A stretch of DNA of 32,000 nucleotides from Candidatus Heimdallarchaeota archaeon B3_Heim (GCA_003144275.1 NJBF01000021.1:30001-62000); one strand, 5' to 3'. Positions 1 through 9,826 are shown, counted from the first letter of the stretch. The notes: generated by a model not told the origin, from the sequence alone. Numbers and translations: made by a program.

Positions 1-162
1 GTCACTTAAATGGATTAAATGCCAAATTCAATCCACGATAAAATATATCCATAAATGCATTAGGTCTTTTGTTCAGAATTATGAGGATAGGGATTGGCGG
101 GAACTAAAGATTGTTAAAGAACCTAAATTCTAGTTTTCAGAATCTCTTTTCACATCAATATA

Positions 163-1278
163 ATGGTGATTAAACTGGTGAAAGCAATAAAAATTGGTAG
201 CGCTAAGAGTGAACCTGGAAAATTAACCTATGGATTCATTGACGGTATTGAGCTTCCTACAGGAATTATAGAAAAAATTCCCGTCATGATTGCTCAAGGC
301 CTCAAGGATGGGCCAACCTTCTTTTTAACAGCAAATGTCCATGGCTTTGAACTTACTGGAGTGGCTGTCATTCATGAATTGGTTACTGAACAACTAGCTC
401 AAGAATTAAAAGGGACAGTTATCGCAATTCCAACCTTAAATCCTTCAGCTTTTCGTAAGTATCATCACAAGGCTGAATATGACGATAGAGACCCAAATAG
501 ATTATTTCCAGAAGGAAAATTTAAGGAAAAAGATAGCGATAACGGTGATAAAGAATACCCGAAATTATATGAGCATATAACAAACAAAATTTTCTCAATT
601 TTTGAAAAATATGCAGATTATCATATTGATTTCCACAATCATTCACTCTTATCAATTCCGTACGCGATCCTGGATCGATTATTCTATAAAGATGAATCCG
701 AGAAAGAAGCAGCTGAAAAACTCTTTAAACAACAAAAAGAAATGGTTGATTCTTTTGGAATGCTAGTATGTGCCGAATTTCCAGCCAATAAATACTTAAA
801 AATGAAACTTCACCGATCGGTTTCTGGATCCACATTTAATAGTCTAGGAATACCTGCGTTCACTGCAGAGCTAGGGGAAAATCGGTTTTTAGTTCCTGAG
901 GTAATTACTGGATCCGTGAAAGGCACAAGGAATGTCTTAAAATGGGCTGGAATGCTTGATGGCCCTATTGAACAAATAACAGAATTTCCAGTACCAAAAC
1001 CACAAGAGCGAGTTAGAAGGTTTGATCATCCACGGGTTAAGAGGTCAGGTATAGTCAGGTTTATTGTAAAAGCAGGAGATTATGTTACTAAGGGACAACC
1101 GATTGCAAAATTTACAGATATTGTCGGTAGGCCTCTAGATGATGGCTACATACGAACTGAATACGATGGGTATATGGTATCACTCCAGACAAAGATGACT
1201 GTTTATCCAAATGATACGATCGCAGAAATGGGAATCAAGGATGAATTCCCTCTGGTCGTACCACTTCCATCCAAGTAA
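163..1278 (+). CDS. Succinylglutamate desuccinylase/aspartoacylase family (M14-like) metallo-deacylase
   Basis: Zn-binding motifs ANVHGFE (HGxE) and DFHNHS, substrate motif RDPNRLFP, catalytic TAELG, and a C-terminal biotinyl/lipoyl-like segment (GIVRFIVKAGDYVTKGQPIA). Confidence 0.88.
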   Translation: MVIKLVKAIKIGSAKSEPGKLTYGFIDGIELPTGIIEKIPVMIAQGLKDGPTFFLTANVHGFELTGVAVIHELVTEQLAQELKGTVIAIPTLNPSAFRKYHHKAEYDDRDPNRLFPEGKFKEKDSDNGDKEYPKLYEHITNKIFSIFEKYADYHIDFHNHSLLSIPYAILDRLFYKDESEKEAAEKLFKQQKEMVDSFGMLVCAEFPANKYLKMKLHRSVSGSTFNSLGIPAFTAELGENRFLVPEVITGSVKGTRNVLKWAGMLDGPIEQITEFPVPKPQERVRRFDHPRVKRSGIVRFIVKAGDYVTKGQPIAKFTDIVGRPLDDGYIRTEYDGYMVSLQTKMTVYPNDTIAEMGIKDEFPLVVPLPSK

Positions 1279-1334
1279 AAATAGATGAAATAGTCAGATA
1301 CAATAAGTCAACTAGAAGTTTAGGATCAATTTTT

Positions 1335-2483
1335 CTATTCAGAATCATTCGTTCCTATTACTCCTTTTTTCATTAACCGTTCTATGTCTTCGTTCATTCC
1401 AATTTCTTCTAAGATCTCTCTAGTATGTTCCCCTAAGCTAGGAGCAACTTGATAATCGTGTGATATTTTAGGATTAAGATATGGAGAAGAAATTAATTTA
1501 ATTGCTCCCAATTCAGGATGATTTGTCTCTGTCAATCTGGCTTTCTTTTGGAAAATAGAATCTAAAGTAAGAACCTCTCCTCCTGGAATATCAAATCTAA
1601 CAAATAGTTTAGTCCAATCATCTGTTGTACGCAAGGAAAAGATTTTGGGGAGTTCCTCCTCACATAATTCTAAATTATGTTGTTTGTCAATTAGATCAGA
1701 ACGATCTACAGCATTACAAAAATTCTTCCAGAATTTGCTTTCAATTGGAGCAAATGAAATGAATTTCTGATCCTTTGCTTGGTAAACACCATACCAAGGG
1801 ATATAGCCTGAAAGAGCATGCAAAGTTCTCTCTGGTTCTCCTAAACCTGCTATATATTCCGCCGCAACAACTGATAGCCATGGAAGAAGGTGCTCAACCA
1901 TTGAAATGTCATAATATTGAGGTACATCTTTCCGTTGGAGTAAGGCCCCTAAAACTGTGATCACGGTCGGTAAGCTTCCTCCACCTATATCAGCAATGGG
2001 AACACCAGGGACAACAGGATAATTTTTTGGTCCTGTCAGATTTAAAATTCCAGCTTCACCAATATAGTTCAAATCATGGCCTACTCGGTTATCAGTGGAC
2101 CCATATCCAGTTAATTGGCAATAAATTAGTTTTGAATTTATTTTAGAGAGAACAGAATATTCTATTTTTAATTTTCTTACCGTTGAGGGTCTGAATCCGA
2201 CTATTACAATATCACACGTTTCCACTAGCTTATAGAAAATATCTAAACCCTCCTTTTGTTTTAAATTTATGGCTATTGACCGTTTATTTCGATTTAATAA
2301 CAAATTTAATTGGGATTCGTGATCAACAAATGGCGGATAATGTCGAATGGGATCCCCAACTAAGGATTCAACTTTAATGACATCTGCACCAAAATCACCT
2401 AAGATTTGTGAAGCTAGTGGCCCAGGAAGGTTAGTAGTTAAATCTAATATTCTAATTCCGTCGAGTACAGATCGTAGTGGCAT
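1335..2483 (-). CDS. CaiB/BaiF (class III CoA-transferase) family protein, alpha-methylacyl-CoA racemase-like
   Basis: LDLTTNLPGPLASQILGDFGADVIKVE, NRNKRSIAINLK, GHDLNY and ADIGGG match the AMACR-type His/Asp motifs (GHDINY, DFGGG). C-terminal APSLGEHTREIL is typical of the family. Confidence 0.9.
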   Translation of the reverse strand: MPLRSVLDGIRILDLTTNLPGPLASQILGDFGADVIKVESLVGDPIRHYPPFVDHESQLNLLLNRNKRSIAINLKQKEGLDIFYKLVETCDIVIVGFRPSTVRKLKIEYSVLSKINSKLIYCQLTGYGSTDNRVGHDLNYIGEAGILNLTGPKNYPVVPGVPIADIGGGSLPTVITVLGALLQRKDVPQYYDISMVEHLLPWLSVVAAEYIAGLGEPERTLHALSGYIPWYGVYQAKDQKFISFAPIESKFWKNFCNAVDRSDLIDKQHNLELCEEELPKIFSLRTTDDWTKLFVRFDIPGGEVLTLDSIFQKKARLTETNHPELGAIKLISSPYLNPKISHDYQVAPSLGEHTREILEEIGMNEDIERLMKKGVIGTNDSE

Positions 2484-2495
2484 ACCGAATACAAG

Positions 2496-2516
2496 ATAAC
2501 CTTGGTTATATTTTTT
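2496..2516 (-). promoter_or_regulatory. Putative BRE/TATA promoter overlapped by palindrome ATAACC-TT-GGTTAT
   Basis: Minus strand reads AAAAAATATAA about 22 nt before the ATG at 2483. A perfect 6-2-6 inverted repeat lies at 2496-2509. Confidence 0.4.
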
Positions 2517-2582
2517 CCTAATTTTTGAACAATACGCTTTTGATATTGTCTAGAATCTAAAATATCAAACTTGAAGAATTAG

Positions 2583-2620
2583 AAATAAAAAAAGAAAGAT
2601 AGAAAAAAAAAGAAGGAAGG
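2583..2620 (-). terminator. Oligo-U/pyrimidine archaeal terminator of the SBP gene
   Basis: Minus strand just after the stop at 2626 reads CCTTCCTTCTTTTTTTTTCTATCTTTCTTTTTTTATTT. Confidence 0.55.
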
Positions 2621-2625
2621 ATTGT

Positions 2626-4506
2626 TTACTTCCGTTTTCTTCTAATTATGGGGATAGAAATGAATATCGCCAACAAGAAGGTTGCAATTTCAAATCCAGG
2701 GGCTCCATCGTCTTCTGTGGTTGTTGTAGTATCAGGAACTGTGGTGGTAGTAGTTGTTTTGTAGTAACCTGGAACCTCACGAATGCCGTCACCATTGTTG
2801 TCTATATATCCTGCATTTTCTAACATTAGTTTGGCTTTCGCTACATCCAGATCATAATGTTCAATGTTTGGATTGTTATATCCAGCAAAGAATACCGAAG
2901 GAATAACGGAATCAGTGACAGTTGCATAGTCACCAAAAGCAAATTGTGCAATGGCTTGTGGATCTATTGCGTAAGCGATTGCTTTTCGTACGATTGGATC
3001 ATCTAGAGGTTTCACTGCAAAGTTAAACTGCAAATAATAGTCCCATTGAGAAACTGCTTCATTTACACACTTGATATTTGGATAGTCATTACCTGGACCA
3101 ACAGCATCTATTAATTCAGTAGACATGGTTTCATATCTCTCTGAGTCATAGAGACCACTCTGCATACCCAAGATTCGATTCATCTCTGTACCCTCAACTT
3201 GGATTGTGAAGTTCTCAATTTTGGGGTATACTCCGGCAGCTATGGGGTTGCTACTTGAGTATTGTGGCATTCCTGCTCCACCAGTGTACCAATAATCGTC
3301 ATATTGATCGAAAATGTGGAAACCAGATGAACCTCGTAAGCCAGACATATATACGAATGGACCTGTACCGACATGAGCAGCCCAGTCTGAGGGATCTTGC
3401 CATCGAGCGTCTGTAATGTTAGCACCTGCCCAAATGTGCTCAGGTAAAATACTTATGGAACCTATATCATCAACGGCGAAAGCGTAGGGTTCTGTCAAAT
3501 TAATCATGATAGTTTGACCATCAATCGCAACTGTATCAATTTTCTCGACACTTGAATAGGATGGAGTCAGAGTTCCATTTGCTACTGTAAAGTCTAGAGT
3601 AAATTTGACATCATCGGGATTTAAATCTTCACCATCGTGCCATGTAACACCAGTTCGTAATGTGAAATTAAGGTGCATTCCATCAGCTGATTGGCTCCAG
3701 CTCTCTGCTAACCAAGGAACCTTTTGGAGGGACTCATTATAAGCAATGAGGTTATCATAATGCAGATTTGCTGCAAAGCCAGAACGTGCATCTGTGTAAA
3801 GGAAGGGATTCAGATGGGTCACATCACTGGGATAAGCCATGACGAATTCTGTGGCACCACTCATATTCATAATGGTCCATGGGTTGAAACCAGTAAATAT
3901 TCCGCCAGGCATTGGTGAATAGCCAACCCATTCTTGTGTAATGAAGTGAGCATCGTTTGTCAAGAAGAGTGGAATATAAGGTAATAAATCAGCCATTAAG
4001 ACCTGTGCTTCGAATAAAGCTGCTTTCAGCTCGATTGGATTTGTAGCACTTTGACTGGCTTCTAATGCAGCATCAAGAGTATCATTGTACATAAATGCAA
4101 GGTTATCACCCCATGGATAATCTTGGGAAGAATGGCCTCGGAAATAAACATGATTGGGGATGGGTGAATAACCACCTGCCATTTCATACATCTCATAATC
4201 TCGATAATCGTTTACTACTGCACCCGCAGATTCATTTAGACGTCCCCCCTCATAAATTTGGGGGTAGAAGACAGAATCATCTAATTGAGTGACAATTACA
4301 TTCACTCCTATTTCTGCACACGCTTCCTTTATTCCTAAACCAGCATCTACGGAGATCGTATCCCAGTCTAATACTAAGAGCTCGAAAGAAAGCTCTTCTT
4401 TTTGGGGTTGTTGAGAAACTGAACCCATAACTGGAGAGGAGAGACTAGTTAGGAAAAGGATAACGAATGCTAATCCTATTAAAGAGAAAGTTGTATTTTT
4501 TTTCAT
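2626..4506 (-). CDS. Family-5 (Opp/Dpp) ABC solute-binding protein, circularly permuted, with Thr-rich linker and PGF-CTERM anchor
   Basis: Signal peptide; SBP5 motifs HLNP, PWLAESW..S.DG...FTLR.GV.WHDG...DDVKFT, VGTGPF and VRKAIAYAID; C-terminal TTTTTTVPDTTTTT-PGF-hydrophobic helix-RRKRK; SD AGGTGA upstream. Confidence 0.93.
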   Translation of the reverse strand: MKKNTTFSLIGLAFVILFLTSLSSPVMGSVSQQPQKEELSFELLVLDWDTISVDAGLGIKEACAEIGVNVIVTQLDDSVFYPQIYEGGRLNESAGAVVNDYRDYEMYEMAGGYSPIPNHVYFRGHSSQDYPWGDNLAFMYNDTLDAALEASQSATNPIELKAALFEAQVLMADLLPYIPLFLTNDAHFITQEWVGYSPMPGGIFTGFNPWTIMNMSGATEFVMAYPSDVTHLNPFLYTDARSGFAANLHYDNLIAYNESLQKVPWLAESWSQSADGMHLNFTLRTGVTWHDGEDLNPDDVKFTLDFTVANGTLTPSYSSVEKIDTVAIDGQTIMINLTEPYAFAVDDIGSISILPEHIWAGANITDARWQDPSDWAAHVGTGPFVYMSGLRGSSGFHIFDQYDDYWYTGGAGMPQYSSSNPIAAGVYPKIENFTIQVEGTEMNRILGMQSGLYDSERYETMSTELIDAVGPGNDYPNIKCVNEAVSQWDYYLQFNFAVKPLDDPIVRKAIAYAIDPQAIAQFAFGDYATVTDSVIPSVFFAGYNNPNIEHYDLDVAKAKLMLENAGYIDNNGDGIREVPGYYKTTTTTTVPDTTTTTEDDGAPGFEIATFLLAIFISIPIIRRKRK

Positions 4507-4736
4507 TCTTTTTCACCTATTGGTAAAAACTAACACGCGTAATCTGAGAAAAATTCCTTCTAATGTAAAATGTAAGATTTTACTTGGAACTTAGCCAGAT
4601 TTCTAATACCATAATTTTGTTTAATAAGCTTTCTTTCTACGCAAATCTTGGTGAAAAATATTCGTATAGAATAAGTAAATGGTAAAAAAAAAGAATTTTT
4701 TTCATTTAATATATGTCAAAAGGATAAATTTCACGA

Positions 4737-5807
4737 TTAGTCACAGCTAACGTAGCTTGCACCATATCGTGCTTCGAGCTCTGCTGCTTTCTTGGCACGT
4801 CTCACATGCTTTTTCCAGGAATAAATTGTGATAGCTATCGCTAAGATGGTAAAAAAGAGGATGTAAAGCGGCCACGCAAAGAAGACTAGTGGATTGTCAT
4901 ATTTATAAGGATTGTAGAGATCAAACGTTTGGACTTTTACGCTGTACTCCTTTGTGTCAAAAAAGTCTGAACTGATGAACAGATAAACTCGGGAATGATC
5001 CGTGGCTGCAGGTGTAATACACAGAATATTGATTTCGAATAGAATATGACTATTTCCTGGAAAGAGATTCAGAGAGGGGAAAGAGTCTGATGATAATGAA
5101 ACATTTTCTATCATTTTTCCACTAATATTTCCACGTAATACCGTTGAAGTAAGTTCAAGTACATTTTCATCTACCTCTACTCTGAATGTTAAATTCCTTA
5201 AGGCGGCTACTCCCTCGTTAGATATGTTATAAGTTAATTTTTGCTCCTGATTATTGAGAAGTGAAATCCGTGGAACCACAAAGCCTTCAATTTCAAGTGG
5301 GCTGCTATCTACCTTGAGGATTGGAAATTGAACCGTCATCGATCCTATCCCGTATTGTAATGTATATACCTGCCCTTCCACCTGAGTGTCTATATCTAAT
5401 CGGACTCCATCTTTGTGTAAATATACTTTATACAAAACTATTGGGTTGGTTAGAAAAGTCTGAGATCCTGTTATTATGAAACTCGTATTCTTCTCTTCTA
5501 GCTGATTGAAATCTCCAAGATCATGAACAGCTACTTCCTCCTCCGCAAAGAAGAGACCACTTTCTAAGGTTATATTAATAGACAGATTCTGATGATTTAA
5601 ATTTGATATTTCTCTTACCTCAATGGTAATATTAACTTCTTCCCAGTATTCCATTTCGCTTGGCGTTATTATTTGAAGAAAGAAATCTGCCCCAGCCTGT
5701 GAAGATTGGGGGATATTTATCTGACCATCGATGGCATGAAAATTAAGTATCATTCCGAGAAATAAACATACTAGAATAACATGTTTAACCTTCTTATTGA
5801 GTTTCAT
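4737..5807 (-). CDS. Type I membrane protein with two predicted Ig-like beta-sandwich domains (COG1361/CARDB-like)
   Basis: N-terminal signal, beta-rich ectodomain with 8 N-x-S/T sequons, C-terminal TM helix followed by KKHVRRAKK. The ATG at 5807 overlaps the oppF stop (TAATG), so it is preferred over the ORF-track start at 5822. The fold call is from pattern only. Confidence 0.7.
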   Translation of the reverse strand: MKLNKKVKHVILVCLFLGMILNFHAIDGQINIPQSSQAGADFFLQIITPSEMEYWEEVNITIEVREISNLNHQNLSINITLESGLFFAEEEVAVHDLGDFNQLEEKNTSFIITGSQTFLTNPIVLYKVYLHKDGVRLDIDTQVEGQVYTLQYGIGSMTVQFPILKVDSSPLEIEGFVVPRISLLNNQEQKLTYNISNEGVAALRNLTFRVEVDENVLELTSTVLRGNISGKMIENVSLSSDSFPSLNLFPGNSHILFEINILCITPAATDHSRVYLFISSDFFDTKEYSVKVQTFDLYNPYKYDNPLVFFAWPLYILFFTILAIAITIYSWKKHVRRAKKAAELEARYGASYVSCD

Positions 5808-6793
5808 TAATCTAACCAACATGCTGAGTACCTTCCATCTTTCATCATGAGCTCTGGTTCTTCATCAATACATTTTTCAAATTGAAAGGGGCAACGAGGA
5901 GCAAATCTGCATCCTGGCGGTAAATTAATTGCAGTGGGGATTTCCCCCTCAATTTCTATCCTTTCTCGTTTAGCATCAGGATCTGGTACAGGGATGTTTG
6001 AAATCAGAGCTTTTGAATATGGGTGGTGCGGGTTTTGTATAACTTGGTCAATGTTTCCTTTTTCCACAATTTTTCCCAAGTATAAAATTATGATGCGATG
6101 CCCCAAATATCTAGCTTGGGCTAAATCATGCGTAATGAACAAAATACCCATATTGTAGGCTGCTTGTAAATCTTGAAGCAGATTTAGAATTTCTATCCTC
6201 GTATTTGCGTCAAGCATGCTCGCAGGTTCGTCAGCAATAATAAATTCTGGGTCCAATACTAACGCACGAGCAATAGATACCCTTTGTCGCTGACCGCCTG
6301 ATAATTCATGAGGGAACCTTATACTGAATTCTGAGACAGGAATTAATCCCACGTCTTCCAATGCTTTAGCTACTCGTTTATGAGTTTCCGATTTTGGAAA
6401 AACATTTGTAACTTGCAGAGGTTCTGAAATCACATCATAGATGGTCATTCTTGGATCCAAAGATTCATAGGGATTCTGAAAAATCATTTGCATGTGTCTG
6501 CGTAATTTTCGTATTTGCCGTTCTTTTACTTTTGCTATGTCTTTTCCCTTGTAAATGATCTCTCCACCGGTTGGATCTTCCAATCTAAGTAATAATCTCG
6601 CAGCAGTAGTTTTACCTGACCCACTTTCACCGACTAGACAGACTACCTCACCCTGCTTTATCTCAAAAGAAATATCATCGACAGCTCTTACATATTCTTG
6701 TCTTCTACGAATTCCGTCTAGCAAACCAGTTCGAGTCGGAAACCATTTTCTGAGATCCTTGATTGTAAATAGAATTTTTGTAGTAGAACTCAT
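5807..6793 (-). CDS. oppF: Oligopeptide/dipeptide ABC transporter ATP-binding subunit
   Basis: Walker A GESGSGKT, signature LSGGQRQR, Walker B IIADEP, and an oligo_HPY C-terminal domain (HPYSKAL; GCRFAPRCP). Start set at 6793 (MSSTTK), which forms an ATGA overlap with the oppD stop. Confidence 0.93.
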   Translation of the reverse strand: MSSTTKILFTIKDLRKWFPTRTGLLDGIRRRQEYVRAVDDISFEIKQGEVVCLVGESGSGKTTAARLLLRLEDPTGGEIIYKGKDIAKVKERQIRKLRRHMQMIFQNPYESLDPRMTIYDVISEPLQVTNVFPKSETHKRVAKALEDVGLIPVSEFSIRFPHELSGGQRQRVSIARALVLDPEFIIADEPASMLDANTRIEILNLLQDLQAAYNMGILFITHDLAQARYLGHRIIILYLGKIVEKGNIDQVIQNPHHPYSKALISNIPVPDPDAKRERIEIEGEIPTAINLPPGCRFAPRCPFQFEKCIDEEPELMMKDGRYSACWLD

Positions 6794-7776
6794 AATATCG
6801 TCTCTCCTGCATGAAAACATGCAACGTGATGTCTAGAGGTAGAAAAAGGCTCAAATGGAGGGATATCTTTCCTACATTCTTTTGTTGCCAATGGACACCG
6901 AGGATGAAAACGACAACCTGGTGGTGGATTTGCTAAATCGGGGGGAATTCCAGATATCGGTTCAATGCGTTTGCATTCACCCAATATACTTGGGAATGAT
7001 CTAATTAACATTCTTGTGTAGGGATGAGCACCTTTGTGGAATACCGTAGAAGCATCTCCGACTTCTACCATCTTTCCAGCGTACATGATTGCAACATCAT
7101 CACATGATTCAGCAATTACACTTAAATCATGGGTTATAAACATGATTCCAAGATTATAATTGGATTGAATTTCGTTTAAAAGCTTTAAAATCTTTTTTTC
7201 CACAATTACATCTAATGCAGTAACAGGTTCGTCTGCTATTAGCAGCTTTGGATCACAAGCCATTGCCATAGCTATTATTGCTCTTTGTTTCATCCCACCA
7301 GAAAATTCATGGGGATAGTTTTTAATTCGGTCGGGGTCCAATCCAACGATTTCAAATGATTCTTTGACTTTTTTCCAGGCTTCTTTTTTTCCTGATTTTG
7401 ATTTTGAATTTTCTTTCTCAATAATTACTTCTGCGATTTGTTCTCCCACAGTCATCACAGGATTAAAAGCATTCATTGCATATTGAAAAACATAAGAAAG
7501 TTCTTTCCATTTGGCTTTCCTCATTTCTTCCTTTGACTTCTTTAGAAGATCAACACCATCTAAAAAAATCTCTCCATTTACAATTTTTCCAGCTGGAGGA
7601 AGCATTCGCATAATAGACAAGGCTGTTGTTGTCTTCCCACAACCACTTTCACCAGCCACTCCCAGAGTTTTCCCTTGATCAATAGTAAAACAAACATCAT
7701 CAACTGCCCTCACACGTGATTCTTTCAGGAAAAAATGAGTGCTTAGATTCTTTACTTCAAGTAAAACCATAATCAT
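6790..7776 (-). CDS. oppD: Oligopeptide/dipeptide ABC transporter ATP-binding subunit
   Basis: [40 protein letters not shown] overlap with the permease stop. Confidence 0.93.
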   Translation of the reverse strand: MIMVLLEVKNLSTHFFLKESRVRAVDDVCFTIDQGKTLGVAGESGCGKTTTALSIMRMLPPAGKIVNGEIFLDGVDLLKKSKEEMRKAKWKELSYVFQYAMNAFNPVMTVGEQIAEVIIEKENSKSKSGKKEAWKKVKESFEIVGLDPDRIKNYPHEFSGGMKQRAIIAMAMACDPKLLIADEPVTALDVIVEKKILKLLNEIQSNYNLGIMFITHDLSVIAESCDDVAIMYAGKMVEVGDASTVFHKGAHPYTRMLIRSFPSILGECKRIEPISGIPPDLANPPPGCRFHPRCPLATKECRKDIPPFEPFSTSRHHVACFHAGETIL

Positions 7777-8690
7777 TACCTTTCTCTTAATCGGGGGTTT
7801 AGAACTTCATTTAGACTGAAACTGATCAATGAAAAACCAAGCGCTAGAAGCATGATACTTATTCCAGGAGGAATAAAATGCCACCACGCGCCTAGAAGTA
7901 TAGCATTTTCTCTTCCAGCCTCATAGAGAACTCTACCCCATGACCAGGATCCAACAACTCCAAAGCCTAAGAAGCTCAGTCCAGCTTCCGCGATTATTGA
8001 ATTTACAACTCCTAAAATAGCGTTAGCAAATATTAATGGGAACACATTTGGTAAAATGTGGCTTGAAATGATATGTCTATTTCCTGCACCTACAGATTTT
8101 GATGCTTCAACAAATGCTCTCTGTTTGATGGAAAGAGTTTCAGAACGTACGATTCTAGCTGTTCCAGTCCATCCAAGTAGACCAATTATTAATATTAGAT
8201 TTTCCATTCCTCCACCAAAGAGTGAGACAACTACGAGCATCAATGGTAATGTAGGAAGCTGAATGAAAAAGTCTGTGATCCGCATAAGTATTATATCAAT
8301 CCACCCTCCATAATAACCAGAGACTAACCCAAATAGTGTACCAATGACTAATGAGATGAACGCTGCTGATAAGCCTATTAACAAAGATATTTGGGCACCG
8401 TAAATCATTTGACTAAATATATCTCTCCCCAGACGATCAGTTCCAAGAGGATGTGAGGCTGAGGGGTTGTCACTGCGCTCCCCTACCATTGTTTTATTAG
8501 GATCATAAGGAGCCAAAATAGGAGCAAATACCCCCATCGTAACAAACAGAAGAACAAGAAACATACCAATCATTCCAAAAGGACTATCCGTATATAGGTG
8601 CCAAAATCGTGTAAAACGAATTTTATACCTTTTGAAGAGAGAGGGAGTTGAATACTTCCCAGAACCATTGTTTACAGTACTAATTGTCAT
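7776..8690 (-). CDS. oppC: Oligopeptide/dipeptide ABC permease (OppC/DppC type)
   Basis: HPLGTDRLGRDIFS, EAA motif (FVEASKSVGA), HILPN, AEAGLSFLG, EVLNPR. Confidence 0.93.
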   Translation of the reverse strand: MTISTVNNGSGKYSTPSLFKRYKIRFTRFWHLYTDSPFGMIGMFLVLLFVTMGVFAPILAPYDPNKTMVGERSDNPSASHPLGTDRLGRDIFSQMIYGAQISLLIGLSAAFISLVIGTLFGLVSGYYGGWIDIILMRITDFFIQLPTLPLMLVVVSLFGGGMENLILIIGLLGWTGTARIVRSETLSIKQRAFVEASKSVGAGNRHIISSHILPNVFPLIFANAILGVVNSIIAEAGLSFLGFGVVGSWSWGRVLYEAGRENAILLGAWWHFIPPGISIMLLALGFSLISFSLNEVLNPRLRER

Positions 8691-8699
8691 TCTTATACC

Positions 8700-9725
8700 T
8701 CAGTAGCGAATTCGGGGGTCTAAATAAGCATAAATTATATCTGCAATAAAACTTGACACGATTGCGACAGCTGCGACAAGTAAGAATAACCCTTGAAGTA
8801 ATGGGTAGTCTGAATATGTAACTGCGTCAAATGTTAGTAGACCCAATCCATCCCAAGAAAATACAGTTTCAGTTAGGGTTGCACCGGAAACAAGATAGGT
8901 CATTGCCATTGCCAACACAGATATCATGGGTAACATGGCATTTTTTCGGGCGTGGGTAAAGAGAACTCTTCTTTCCTTTAATCCCTTAGCACGCGCAGTA
9001 GTTATGTAATCTTCGAGAAATATCCCAAGCATTTGATCCCGGGCAATTAAGAACCACGCCCCAACAAAACTTATAGTTAACGTAGTTACAGGGCCGATTA
9101 AATGATAACCATAATCTATCGCCCAAGCGAAAATATCGGCGTATTTAGGATCTTCAATACGGGGAGATCCTGATAATGGTATGAGGTGGAATTGACCAAA
9201 GAAATAAAAAATAATTAGCATACCAAGCCAGAAAACGGGGGTTGAATAGCTTGTAAGGGTAACAAAAATTGAAACTAAGTCTGTTTTTGATTTGAACTTT
9301 GACGCAGCGATAGTACCAAAAATTATTGCTAGAACAAATGATAAAAGAATCGATATTCCCATCAGTAGAATGGTATTGAGTAGTCGATGACCGAAAATTA
9401 GTTCAGATACCTCAGTTGGATAGTAGTAGAATGAGACACCTAAATCTCCTTCTAATAAACGCTGTATATATATAATGAATTGGTCAAAGATTGGTAAATT
9501 CGTCCCATAACGTTCTTGTAGCACCTGACGGAATTCCGGTCTAACTTGTCCTGTTCTTCCCAAAACAGCAAGAGCAGGGTTTCCAGGCATGATACGAAAT
9601 AACACGAAATTAAATATTACAGTTATAATTAGTAAAAATCCACTATCAAATGCTCTACGAGAGATATATCCTTTTAAACTCAATTTGTCCAACTTTTTCT
9701 TGCCAATTTTTAGTTTAGAGCGCAA
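8700..9725 (-). CDS. oppB: Oligopeptide/dipeptide ABC permease (OppB/DppB type)
   Basis: RIMPGNP, GDLGVSF, STPVFWLG, EDYITTARAKGL, TETVFSWDGLG, DYPLLQG, YLDPRIR. TTG start. Confidence 0.93.
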   Translation of the reverse strand: MRSKLKIGKKKLDKLSLKGYISRRAFDSGFLLIITVIFNFVLFRIMPGNPALAVLGRTGQVRPEFRQVLQERYGTNLPIFDQFIIYIQRLLEGDLGVSFYYYPTEVSELIFGHRLLNTILLMGISILLSFVLAIIFGTIAASKFKSKTDLVSIFVTLTSYSTPVFWLGMLIIFYFFGQFHLIPLSGSPRIEDPKYADIFAWAIDYGYHLIGPVTTLTISFVGAWFLIARDQMLGIFLEDYITTARAKGLKERRVLFTHARKNAMLPMISVLAMAMTYLVSGATLTETVFSWDGLGLLTFDAVTYSDYPLLQGLFLLVAAVAIVSSFIADIIYAYLDPRIRY

Positions 9726-9773
9726 ATAATTAATCTTTTAAGCGTAAAGATATCGATAAACCCTGAATCGCAA

Positions 9774-9826
9774 TCTTATAAACTGGAGAGTACTTATAAG
9801 ACAGGATAGCAATCCATTGATTGCTA
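9774..9826. promoter_or_regulatory. Two adjacent inverted repeats upstream of the opp operon
   Basis: TCTTATAA-N12-TTATAAGA (9774-9801) and TAGCAATC-CATT-GATTGCTA (9807-9826), both with perfect 8-bp arms. Confidence 0.4.

Noticed and set aside
2-133. Open frame at the window start (SLKWIKCQ...KEPKF*) that could be the 3' end of an upstream gene.
   Set aside because: Only 43 codons with no recognisable motif; it cannot be supported without flanking sequence.
2714-2762. GTT/GTG/GTA-rich short repeats.
   Set aside because: They are simply the codons of the Thr-rich linker, not an independent DNA repeat.
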